Of a stretch of 64,000 bases of DNA, positions 56,131 to 64,000 are shown in pieces. The notes beneath the pieces were generated by a model that saw only the letters and a list, made by a program, of their open reading frames with translations, had not been told where the DNA came from and did no database searches. Position 1 is the stretch's first letter. The number at the start of each line of letters is the position of its first letter. Source of the DNA: Promethearchaeota archaeon (lineage in GTDB: Archaea; Asgardarchaeota; Lokiarchaeia; Sigyniarchaeales; SOKP01); contig JBHLNK010000006.1 of NCBI GenBank assembly GCA_048941625.1, positions 1,652 to 65,651 on the forward strand. Reading direction: 5' to 3'. The position numbers were made by a program, and so were the translations under genes.

Positions 56131-57576
56131 TTGTCAGACACTGTTTTAAAAAAGCTTTTTCAAGTATTTGTAAATAAATTAGAGTTTGATCCAGCTGACT
56201 ACTTAATTTCTAGCAAAGAACAAGAACTATCAAATTTTCAGAAAGATTTCATTGAAAAAGCAACAAGTATTTTAAAAGAAAATATTGTTGGAGAAATTAA
56301 ATCGTTTGGAGGAAATGTAAAAGCAAATGAGGAGAAATTCAAAGAACTCGAGAAACGAGCAAATGAGGAATTGGAAAATGAAGAATATGATGATATTAAG
56401 AAAGAGTTAAAAAATTATGTTAAAAAGTTAAAGGAATTGATCGAGAAAACTTGTTTAGCGATAATACCCGTAAAAGAAATGCCTTGGGTTGACGTTTTAG
56501 TTCGAAGTGTCCCTCGTATATTATTTGATAAGAAACTAGAATTTTTAGAAAATGCTATTGCATATTATGGTGAGATAAAATGTGTTATTTCAAGACCTAC
56601 TATTTTTGGGAAAATGAAAAATGACAAACCGTTATTTGCTCCTGTAATGGGGAATCTCGACTTAGGAGGTTTTAAACTTGATGATTCTGTAAAAGAACCT
56701 AAATCTACAGTTTATTCTTATGTCACAGCTATTATTAATTCTTTTGATTCTACTATGACAAGAAATCATCTTGCAAAATATCATGAAGGTTATCAACGAC
56801 ATGGTGACCCTATTTGTGATTACTTAATGAAACATGATGAATTGAAAAATGCAATGGAAAGAATTACATCAGGTCTTGAATCAGAACGTATTAATTCAGA
56901 TATTGCAATATATAGTATAGCAATACCTTTACCTTCTGATAAGACCTCATTAGTAATAGTGGTAGATGAAGGTAAGGATCCAAACAAATTTTCAAGGTGT
57001 TTTGAAGCTCTTTTAAGATTTTCAGCTGAATGTTGTAATGTCCCGACTCAAGCACCCCAAGCACCTACACAAGGGGCAAGCCAGCAATCTGGAGCAATCA
57101 GAACTCCAGGAGGTCAACAATTAAAAGCGTGGACAGCTGAAGAATTAGCAGAAGAAGCACAAAAAAGGATGGAAGCTCAGCCTGAAATGCCAACTTGGTC
57201 AGAAGAAGAATTAGCTAAATTCTCTGAAGAGAGAGGATCAGGGTTACCCCCTGGAATGGAAGTTTGGACGGAAGAAGAGCTTACCGAATTAGCTAGGAAA
57301 CGACAAGGAGGTTTAGACATTCCTGAATGGAAGGTGGATGAGACTATGAAGGAATGTGTTAAATGCGGTTATAGTTTAAGGCCTGGATGGAGTAAATGCC
57401 CAATATGCGAGACACTAGTTGATGCAAAACCAGAAAAAGAATTAGTTGAAAAGAAAAATGGAAAAACTACTGAAGAATCAGTGTCAGAACTTAATGAATT
57501 ACCAAAGGAAGAAAAAACTGAAAAAGTAGAAGAGGAAAGCTTGGATACTAAAAATGAAAACAATAAAGAAGAATAA
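56131..57576 (+). CDS. Orphan multidomain protein: N-terminal helical region, globular middle, P/Q/A-rich linker, four ~22-aa Trp-acidic repeats, zinc ribbon, acidic tail
   Basis: PTQAPQAPTQGASQQSGAIRTPGGQQ linker. Repeats are WTAEELAEEA, WSEEELAKFS, WTEEELTELA and WKVDETMKEC (Trp codons at 57130, 57196, 57265, 57328). CVKCGYSLRPGWSKCPICE follows. TTG start. Confidence 0.5.
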   Translation: MSDTVLKKLFQVFVNKLEFDPADYLISSKEQELSNFQKDFIEKATSILKENIVGEIKSFGGNVKANEEKFKELEKRANEELENEEYDDIKKELKNYVKKLKELIEKTCLAIIPVKEMPWVDVLVRSVPRILFDKKLEFLENAIAYYGEIKCVISRPTIFGKMKNDKPLFAPVMGNLDLGGFKLDDSVKEPKSTVYSYVTAIINSFDSTMTRNHLAKYHEGYQRHGDPICDYLMKHDELKNAMERITSGLESERINSDIAIYSIAIPLPSDKTSLVIVVDEGKDPNKFSRCFEALLRFSAECCNVPTQAPQAPTQGASQQSGAIRTPGGQQLKAWTAEELAEEAQKRMEAQPEMPTWSEEELAKFSEERGSGLPPGMEVWTEEELTELARKRQGGLDIPEWKVDETMKECVKCGYSLRPGWSKCPICETLVDAKPEKELVEKKNGKTTEESVSELNELPKEEKTEKVEEESLDTKNENNKEE

Positions 57577-57756
57577 TAAATATATCAATTTCAATAACTA
57601 TATTCGTAGTTTTCTTAAAAATTATTACAGCAATTTATTAGTTCATATAAAATAAACCGAAAACTTTAAAAAGATATAAAAACAGCCAGATCCCAAACGT
57701 TTTTTAAGTTAATTTTATTTTTAACCTTATAAGAATTAGGAATTTTATGCTTTAAG

Positions 57757-58755
57757 TTGTTACATAACATCTTTTTATTTACAGGAAAGAAATATTGTGA
57801 TTTAGAAGATCTTAATATTTATTGTTATCCTAATGAAGTAATTGATATTAATCAAAAATTAATTGTTAATAAGATAATTAAAGAGCATGACAAAGAGGAA
57901 CTAACCAGTCAGAAAGATTCATTTCAATTTAAGATTGATGAACCCATTGCTCAAATCATTGGTGAGTTAAATATCTATTCTGTCTGTGTTAACGAAAAAC
58001 TTATTATTGGTTTAGTCTTTGAAGAAGATGATAATCCTTATGATTACATGGAAATTTTTAAGGAATTATTAAATGAACTGCTTAATAATGGTGAGGAATA
58101 TTCTTTTGATGATGAAATGGAGATTGAAAATTTTCTAATTTCAATGTTTATTGATATTCGAAGATTTGGAGATGAGGTTATTGAAAAAACTGCTGAAATT
58201 GAATATTATTATCAAAAAGAAACTTTTTTCAAAATATTTATTTTTGGAGTGGATGAAACAGGGAAATCAAGCTTAGTTAGAAGATTAAAAACAGGTGAGT
58301 TTAATGAGAATTATTTTACACCTACTCGCAAATTTAATATCGAATATCTCCCAGTAAAAGAAAAAGGCTTGCTAGCTTTATGGGATATGCCTGGTCAAAA
58401 AGCTTTTAGATCAAAATGGTTATTAGGTCTTCAGGATTCTAACCTTGTCATTTATATGATTGATATTTCCAACCAACGAAGATTTGATGAAGCTAAAAAC
58501 GAGTTCTGGAATGTAATTAATAACGAAGAATTAAAGGGAATTCCATTACTTATTTTAGGAAATAAAATTGATTTAGTTAAAACATCAAAAGAAAAAAATG
58601 AATTACAACTTCAAAACTTAAAGACTGAGCTTTATAAATTTTATAATTTTGAAAATATAAATAATAGGCAATGGGAATTTTTATTTACTTCTGTTAAAAC
58701 CAATTTCAATATCGATAATTTAATTGAAAAAGTTTTTGATTTAATTTCTTCATAA
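57757..58755 (+). CDS. Arf-family small GTPase with a ~160-aa N-terminal longin/roadblock-like alpha/beta domain
   Basis: G domain: IFIFGVDETGKSSL (Arf GxDxxGK[ST]), FTPTRKFNIEYL (Arf switch I, compare IPTIGFNVE), LWDMPGQKAFRSKW (DxxGQ..R..W), LILGNKIDL (NKxD). The N-terminal fold assignment rests only on the secondary-structure-like pattern (...KLIIGLVFEEDDNPYDYMEIFKELLNELL). Confidence 0.75.
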   Translation: MLHNIFLFTGKKYCDLEDLNIYCYPNEVIDINQKLIVNKIIKEHDKEELTSQKDSFQFKIDEPIAQIIGELNIYSVCVNEKLIIGLVFEEDDNPYDYMEIFKELLNELLNNGEEYSFDDEMEIENFLISMFIDIRRFGDEVIEKTAEIEYYYQKETFFKIFIFGVDETGKSSLVRRLKTGEFNENYFTPTRKFNIEYLPVKEKGLLALWDMPGQKAFRSKWLLGLQDSNLVIYMIDISNQRRFDEAKNEFWNVINNEELKGIPLLILGNKIDLVKTSKEKNELQLQNLKTELYKFYNFENINNRQWEFLFTSVKTNFNIDNLIEKVFDLISS

Positions 58756-58907
58756 ATGGCAAGCATTTACAGCTCTTTTCTATAAGAAAATCCTAAACTA
58801 AATATATTCAGAGTTTTTTCATTAAATTTAAATATCTAGCTGTTTAAAATTCTATTATATAAAAAACCTAATTAATTTGTTTGATAAAATAGATTTAGGG
58901 GAAAATT

Positions 58908-59495
58908 ATGTCAAAACGACTTAAAAAAGAATTACAAGTGATGATTGAAGAGAAATTAGGTCATTTGTTTTTTGGTGATCAAAAGAAAGATTTGCGTTTA
59001 TTGATGTTAAGACCAATTGATTTAATTGAATTCTCGGAGTTTGCAGGAACTAATGCTGATGACATATTAGTCTGGGTAGGAAAAACTCTAGGGAGATCAT
59101 ATATGGATAAGTTCTTTTATAATAAAGACTGGAGTTCAGAAACACTGCTAACAAAAAAAGAAGTCATTCTTGGGAATCTTGAAGCCTTAGAACTCTGGGG
59201 ATTTGGTGAATTATCAGCACATTTCAAAAAAGATCACATTTTAATTAAGGTAACAGAATCTTTAGCTTCTGAAGAAACCGATAATATTATGGCGAAAAAC
59301 TTATGCTTACTCTATCAAGGAATCTTTGCTGGGATATTTGAAACTCTAAAAATTGATGTAGATGTTCAAGAAATTGAATGTGTTTTATTAGGTGGGAAAA
59401 ACTGTGTATTTAAATTTAGTCTTCTTGGAGAACAGTTAGAAGATGCGGTTGTAGATTCCGAAGAAACTGTCTCTGAGTTCTTGTCTACCCTTTAA
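58908..59495 (+). CDS. V4R-domain protein (4-vinyl reductase fold, related to TRAPP Bet3 family)
   Basis: LWGFGELSAHF...ILIKVTES...NLCLLYQGIFAGIFE...VQEIECVLLGGKNCVFKF matches the V4R pattern ending in E-x-C-x3-G-x2-C-x-F. Confidence 0.75.
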   Translation: MSKRLKKELQVMIEEKLGHLFFGDQKKDLRLLMLRPIDLIEFSEFAGTNADDILVWVGKTLGRSYMDKFFYNKDWSSETLLTKKEVILGNLEALELWGFGELSAHFKKDHILIKVTESLASEETDNIMAKNLCLLYQGIFAGIFETLKIDVDVQEIECVLLGGKNCVFKFSLLGEQLEDAVVDSEETVSEFLSTL

Positions 59496-59513
59496 ATTTG
59501 TTCTTATTTAATT

Positions 59514-60410
59514 TCACTTTTTTGGAAACCAAGGAACTAATCGCGATACTTTTTCTTTATAAAATATATAATTCGGTTTTCTTTTCAAATTTCTACTTTC
59601 CATTATTGGTATGCTTACTACATTAAAGAGAATAGTAATCGATATTGGACCGATTATTGCCCAATAGAATGAAAAATCTGTTGCAATAGCAAAAAGATAT
59701 AAACCCCACCAAAATAATATTTCTCCAAAATAATTTGGATGCCTGGAATAACGCCATAAACCTGTAGTTATAAATTCTTGAGAACTTAAACGATTCTTTG
59801 TAAAATTATACAATTGTTGATCAGCCAAAGTTTCAAAAATAATAGCTATAGAAGTAATGAAAAGCGCTACGACATCAAGGTACCAAAAAGATTGTGTTCT
59901 TAATGAGAGAATTGGATATAATGATATTGAGCCTAGATAAACTAAAATTGTAGGCATTAATTGTAATCCTATAAGATTGATTAACCAAAAACTTTTACCC
60001 ATTTTTTGTCTATAACTAACATACCGCCAATCCTCGTGTTTTAAACCCTTCCACTGTCTAAGCCAGTTAAACGTCAGCCGAATCGACCATATCAGAATTA
60101 GTATGGATACGATTGTACTACGTAGACTGGCATAATTACTTACTGAAGGAAAAATCAAATAATATAATGATATTATTAAGGGCGCTACACTCCAATAGGG
60201 GTCATAAAAGCTTGTATTTTTAACTAGGGAGCTTATTATAAATATTGTTATCGTTGCTGCTAAATCAGCGAAAAATATCATTAAAAGAGGGTGAAAATAC
60301 CTAAATAAAAATCCAATTATTAAAGAAACAAAAAAGGCAAAAATATAAGAAATTAAACAATAAAAATAAGATTTAAATCTGTAGCTCTTTGCATTAGTGA
60401 AATCATTCAT
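59514..60410 (-). CDS. DUF1295 / steroid 5-alpha-reductase-like polytopic membrane protein
   Basis: C-terminal signature GLWRYSRHPNYFGEILFWWGLYLF, with multiple TM helices. Confidence 0.75.
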   Translation of the reverse strand: MNDFTNAKSYRFKSYFYCLISYIFAFFVSLIIGFLFRYFHPLLMIFFADLAATITIFIISSLVKNTSFYDPYWSVAPLIISLYYLIFPSVSNYASLRSTIVSILILIWSIRLTFNWLRQWKGLKHEDWRYVSYRQKMGKSFWLINLIGLQLMPTILVYLGSISLYPILSLRTQSFWYLDVVALFITSIAIIFETLADQQLYNFTKNRLSSQEFITTGLWRYSRHPNYFGEILFWWGLYLFAIATDFSFYWAIIGPISITILFNVVSIPIMESRNLKRKPNYIFYKEKVSRLVPWFPKK

Positions 60411-60525
60411 AATTTAAGGCAACATTTATCCCCTTAATATCTAATTATAATCTAATAAAATTATTAAACATAGATAAAAAATACAATTAATTAAAAAAAG
60501 CAACAATTTCTTCAGCTTTATATGA

Positions 60526-60569
60526 TAGTGTGAAATATCACACTAATGAACCATAAACAAGATGTTCAT
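60526..60569. promoter_or_regulatory. Two adjacent palindromes upstream of cdhA (candidate operator)
   Basis: TAGTGTGA-aata-TCACACTA (60526-60545) is immediately followed by ATGAAC-n12-GTTCAT (60546-60569). These lie ~125-165 nt upstream of the cdhA ATG. Confidence 0.35.
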
Positions 60570-60691
60570 ATAGATTTTAAAAGTTAATCAATAGCTTTTA
60601 TTTTCAGTGTTTAATTGTAACAAATATAATTAAAAATATTTAAATTACAAAACAAAAAATATCAAGATTAAATTTAATAAAGTGAATTAGT

Positions 60692-63037
60692 ATGGAGAAA
60701 AGAGGAGCTAAGATAAAAATTGATGAATATAAAGGAGCTCTTGGAACGATCAAAGGATTCGAATTGACTACTGGTAAAGTTTCATTTGGAGACGAAACGG
60801 AATGGGAACCAATGGGACCACACCCGATGCCTCACATTCCAACTTTACGTAATTGGTTTTTCAAGTTAATGGAGAGATACAAACCATTTTATATGCCTAT
60901 TTGTGATATGTGCTGCCTATGTACCTATGGAAAATGTAATCTTTCCAAAGGTAGAACAGGGGCATGTGGAATCAATATGGAGACACAACAGAGTCGAATC
61001 GTAGAAATTGCTTGTTGTATAGGTGCTGCTTGTCATTCTGCTCATGGTGATCATCTACTACATTGGCTTAAAGAGAAGTACGGAAACGTCCCAATTAATT
61101 TTGGAAATAATATTGCTGTAGAAATGCCACACACACGATTAGTAGTAGGCATGAAACCTGAAACTTTAGAAGATTTAGAGACAGCTATGGAATGGGTTCA
61201 TTATACAATTACTCACTTACTTGCTTCAGGTCACACTGGCCAAGAAAGTTCATATTTAGATTATGAATCAAAAAGCTTTTTAGCAGGATTAGCGGATTCA
61301 GTAGGTATGGAAATTTCCGATGCAGTTCAAATAGCAGCATATGGATTTCCAATGGGAGATCCTAATGTTCCTATTGTCGAGTTAGGTATGGGGACACTTG
61401 ATACGAGTAAAGCAGTAGTTTTAATGATTGGTCATAATGTTGCCCCAGGAGTTGAACTAGTTGATTTCATTCGAGAAAAAGGAATAGATGATAAAGTTGA
61501 CGTGGGTGCGATTTGTTGTACTGCTCATGATTTAACAAGATATTATGATGGAGCCAAGATTGTAGGTTCAATGTCAAGACAGCTTCATGTTATACGGTCA
61601 GGAATCCCTGATGTCGTAATGGTCGATGAACAATGTGTAAATTTAAGATCATTTGAACAAGCTCAATTAATTGGTGCACCATTTATTGCAACAAATGAAA
61701 AAAATATGAGTGGTTTACCAGATAGAACCGCAGATCCAGTAGATGAAATTATAGAAGATTTAGTAAGTGGAAAAGAACCAGGTGTTCTAATATTAGATCC
61801 TATTAAAGCTGGAGAAGTTGCTGCACAAACAGCCATAAAAGTTAAACCAATTCGAAAAGCAAAGAGTGGAGTTCCTGATGAGCAAGGTTGTATTGATATG
61901 GCAATGAATTGTAATGGCTGTGGAAATTGCCAACGAAATTGTCCAAATGATCTACCTTTAGTAGAGGGTGTAAAATTGGTAAAAGATGGCGACTTTTCTT
62001 TATTAGGGAGTGTATTTGATGATTGTTTAGGTTGTGGACGATGTGAAGGAGATTGTATGAAAGGTGTATCACCTTTAACTTTACTACAGTATGCAGGGAG
62101 AGAGTATATTAGAAATGAAACTTACAACTGTCGAGCTGGACGTGGGCCAATTATGGATACTGAAATTAGAAATGTGGGTGCTCCAATTGTTTTAGGAGAA
62201 ATCCCTGGAATCGTTGCTATAATTGGATGTGCTAGTTATGCTCATGAGATTCAGGAATTATATAAAATGGCTGATGAATTTTTAACAAGAAATTATATTG
62301 TTGTAGTTTCTGGATGTGGAGCAATGGATATTGGACTTGTTAAGGATGAAGAAGGGAAGACTTTATATGATAGATTTCCTGGAGATTTTGATCGAGGTGG
62401 TTTAGTAAATGTAGGGAGTTGTGTAAGCAATCCTCATATTACAGGAGCCGCAATAAAGGTTGCTAATATCTTTGCTCGAAGACCTTTACGTGGCAATTTT
62501 GAAGAAATCGCTGATTATATCTTAAATAGAGTTGGTGCAGTCGGTGTAGCTTGGGGTGCAATGTCCCAAAAAGCTGCTAGTATAGCAAGTATGGCTAATG
62601 GAGTAGGAGTTCCGGCTGTATGTGGACCTCACGCCGCAGAATATAGAAGAATGTATATCGGACGTGCTGATGATGAGGAAGTTTGGAAAGTTTTTAATGC
62701 TCGAGATGGAAGTGCTGATCATTTAGTTGGTCCAGGTCCTGAACATCTTTTAACTACTGCAGAAAGTATTGAGCAAGCCATCTGTCTTGTTGCCAAGTTA
62801 TGTTTAAGGCCTGCAGATAACTCGAAAGGTCGGATGATAAAGCTTTCACACTGGATCGATCTTGAACGAAAATACAAAGGTGTCCAATTTCCTAATGATC
62901 TTGAAAAGTTTATTCGTGTTGAGGCCGATATTCCTATCAATATGAAAGATGAAATCCAAGAATACCTTAAAGAAAGAGGTTGGGAACCTAAAGAAATTGT
63001 AGATCCAACACTTTTGAAAAGGTTATGTCGAACCTAA
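60692..63037 (+). CDS. cdhA: CO dehydrogenase/acetyl-CoA synthase complex alpha subunit (archaeal CdhA-type Ni-CODH)
   Basis: N-terminal Cys cluster motifs (CDMCCLCTYGKCNL...GACGI), a two-ferredoxin insert (CNGCGNCQRNCPN; CLGCGRCEGDC), and C-cluster regions (GCASYAH, SGCGAMD, GSCVSNPH). Confidence 0.95.
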   Translation: MEKRGAKIKIDEYKGALGTIKGFELTTGKVSFGDETEWEPMGPHPMPHIPTLRNWFFKLMERYKPFYMPICDMCCLCTYGKCNLSKGRTGACGINMETQQSRIVEIACCIGAACHSAHGDHLLHWLKEKYGNVPINFGNNIAVEMPHTRLVVGMKPETLEDLETAMEWVHYTITHLLASGHTGQESSYLDYESKSFLAGLADSVGMEISDAVQIAAYGFPMGDPNVPIVELGMGTLDTSKAVVLMIGHNVAPGVELVDFIREKGIDDKVDVGAICCTAHDLTRYYDGAKIVGSMSRQLHVIRSGIPDVVMVDEQCVNLRSFEQAQLIGAPFIATNEKNMSGLPDRTADPVDEIIEDLVSGKEPGVLILDPIKAGEVAAQTAIKVKPIRKAKSGVPDEQGCIDMAMNCNGCGNCQRNCPNDLPLVEGVKLVKDGDFSLLGSVFDDCLGCGRCEGDCMKGVSPLTLLQYAGREYIRNETYNCRAGRGPIMDTEIRNVGAPIVLGEIPGIVAIIGCASYAHEIQELYKMADEFLTRNYIVVVSGCGAMDIGLVKDEEGKTLYDRFPGDFDRGGLVNVGSCVSNPHITGAAIKVANIFARRPLRGNFEEIADYILNRVGAVGVAWGAMSQKAASIASMANGVGVPAVCGPHAAEYRRMYIGRADDEEVWKVFNARDGSADHLVGPGPEHLLTTAESIEQAICLVAKLCLRPADNSKGRMIKLSHWIDLERKYKGVQFPNDLEKFIRVEADIPINMKDEIQEYLKERGWEPKEIVDPTLLKRLCRT

Positions 63038-63146
63038 TTTAATTAATTTTCTTTATTTTTCTTTTTTTATATATTAAGTCAAAATTTTATTTTTTTGACA
63101 GTTATTTTAAGTAATAATAGAAATTTATATTCTGAAGTGAAAAAAT

Positions 63147-63359
63147 ATGGATAAAAAAGATAAGGATATTTTAAAATTGGCTAAGCTTTGTAAACATTGG
63201 GCTGATCATAATGACTCACATAAAGAAAGCTTTTTAAAGTGGCTTAATATTGCAAAAGAAAAGGGATTTGAATCAATAGTAGATCATTTAAATAATGCAA
63301 TACAGATGCTAGATAAATGTAATGAGTATTTACTTAAAGCAAATAAAGAATTAGAGTAG
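63147..63359 (+). CDS. Small helical His/Cys-containing protein, function unknown
   Basis: 70-aa ORF with GTGA 7 nt upstream of the ATG. Contains CKHWADHNDSH and DKCNEY. Confidence 0.35.
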   Translation: MDKKDKDILKLAKLCKHWADHNDSHKESFLKWLNIAKEKGFESIVDHLNNAIQMLDKCNEYLLKANKELE

Positions 63360-63363
63360 AGTG

Positions 63364-64000
63364 TTATAAAAAGAGATTAATCAATGGAAGTAGTTGTTCT
63401 TTAAAGTAATCGATTTTACCTTTTAACAATTCCGGATTTTGAGAAAGAATCCATAAATATACAGGAATTTGTAATTCCGAATATTCAAATAACTTTTCTC
63501 CTTGGATAGTAAATCCATTAAGAGGTAAATCTAATCTTATAGATTTTTCCCTTATTAAACCAATCGAATTATAGAAATTAGACAATGTTTGCAGTAAGAG
63601 AGCGGTATTATTTACCAACATTTCATCAGTATCAGATTTTGTATAATTTCCAAAAATCAACCCATCCATTGAGACTAAACTTGCAGCTTTTGCCTCAACT
63701 TGTGTCGTAAATTCTTCAAGGATATGTTCGATTATTTCAGAGGTGTCTGATACTTTCTTTAATGCTATACTAAACATTTGCATTATTGTTTCTCTTGTAA
63801 AAACTGTTGTATCACAATAATCAGCTGTAAATTCTTCGAACTCATCAGCAATACTATTAAATTTATTCTTTATACTAGTAACATTTTGTTGCCATTGAAG
63901 TGTTTTGCGAATGTCTTGATCACTCTTACTTAATACAATTAATATTTTAGGCTCTTCTTTTAACTCTCGGAAAATCTTCAAGACTTCCCTAAAATAATTA
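63364..64000 (-). CDS. Rag/Gtr-like GTPase with a C-terminal roadblock/LC7 domain (5' part outside the window)
   Basis: The frame is open upstream of the TTG at 63979-63981 through to base 64000 (NYFREVLKIF...). ILIVLSKSD is at the G4 position and TTVFTRETIMQMFSIALKKV at the G5/last-helix position. A roadblock-like domain follows (AKAASLVSMDGLIFGNY...LDLPLNGFTIQGEKLF...YLWILS). Confidence 0.6.
   Translation of the reverse strand, partial: NYFREVLKIFRELKEEPKILIVLSKSDQDIRKTLQWQQNVTSIKNKFNSIADEFEEFTADYCDTTVFTRETIMQMFSIALKKVSDTSEIIEHILEEFTTQVEAKAASLVSMDGLIFGNYTKSDTDEMLVNNTALLLQTLSNFYNSIGLIREKSIRLDLPLNGFTIQGEKLFEYSELQIPVYLWILSQNPELLKGKIDYFKEQLLPLINLFL

Noticed and set aside
13629-62940. Further nested or antisense ORFs in the track (13629-13823, 15507-15743, 18356-18592, 19349-19636, 22899-23102, 23653-23889, 30249-30518, 31829-32023, 33190-33579, 38107-38322, 40698-40883, 41327-41779, 45416-45691, 46532-46792, 51582-51803, 53532-53795, 54192-54461, 57369-57563, 61842-62072, 62522-62722, 62719-62940).
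   Set aside because: All overlap well-supported genes on the opposite strand and show no recognisable motifs. 41327-41779 is simply the Ser/Leu/Phe-rich complement of the Glu/Lys/Asn-rich coiled-coil gene.
63147-63359. The small ORF downstream of cdhA, considered as the CODH epsilon subunit CdhB.
   Set aside because: At 70 aa it is far shorter than CdhB (~170 aa) and shows no resemblance to it. It is kept as a hypothetical His/Cys-containing protein.
1-64000. A scan for tRNA, rRNA, C/D-box sRNA, CRISPR arrays, transposases/IS elements, integrases and recognisable defence-system genes.
   Set aside because: No G+C-rich structured segments were seen in intergenic DNA, and no regularly spaced repeat-spacer arrays. 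An ATGATGA box at about 14636 has no matching CTGA D box downstream. No ORF carries transposase, integrase, nuclease-helicase or Cas-like motifs.

Overview
A strongly AT-rich archaeal chromosomal segment (roughly 30% G+C by eye) that is densely packed with genes. I found no rRNA, tRNA, CRISPR array or transposase. The archaeal assignment rests on a TFB, RadA, tRNA-splicing endonuclease EndA, a complete A-type ATPase operon and the archaeal-type CO dehydrogenase subunit CdhA. Three Ras-superfamily GTPases are present: two Rag/Gtr-like and one Arf-like. Together with a roadblock domain, a V4R (TRAPP/Bet3-related) protein and a MEMO-family protein, they point by inference to an Asgard (Lokiarchaeia-like) genome.

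Main blocks:
- **Membrane hydrolases and ion pumps (1-12 kb):** P3A-type H+-ATPase, alpha-glucan phosphorylase and an H+-pyrophosphatase.
- **Regulators (13.6-16.4 kb):** ArsR, Lrp and TFB, plus a Rag-like GTPase.
- **Six-gene minus-strand operon (19.9-26 kb):** a 2-hydroxyacyl-CoA dehydratase system joined to gamma-glutamyl-cycle enzymes.
- **A-type ATPase operon (28.4-39.8 kb):** unusual gene order, a D subunit with no canonical start codon, and an appended second A-subunit paralogue carrying a GER->GEP active-site change next to a zinc-ribbon membrane protein.
- **Glucan/sugar-nucleotide cluster (47.6-54 kb):** includes a phosphohexomutase homologue with all catalytic motifs degenerate and a methyl-accepting chemotaxis protein remnant.
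- **GTPase neighbourhood (56.1-59.5 kb):** an orphan Trp-acidic-repeat/zinc-ribbon protein, a longin-like-Arf GTPase fusion and a V4R protein.
- **Window end:** a stand-alone cdhA and a partial Rag-like GTPase-roadblock gene.

The best candidates for undescribed biology are the A2/zinc-ribbon appendage of the ATPase operon and the GTPase-V4R module. All functional calls come from motifs read by eye, and no database search was possible.
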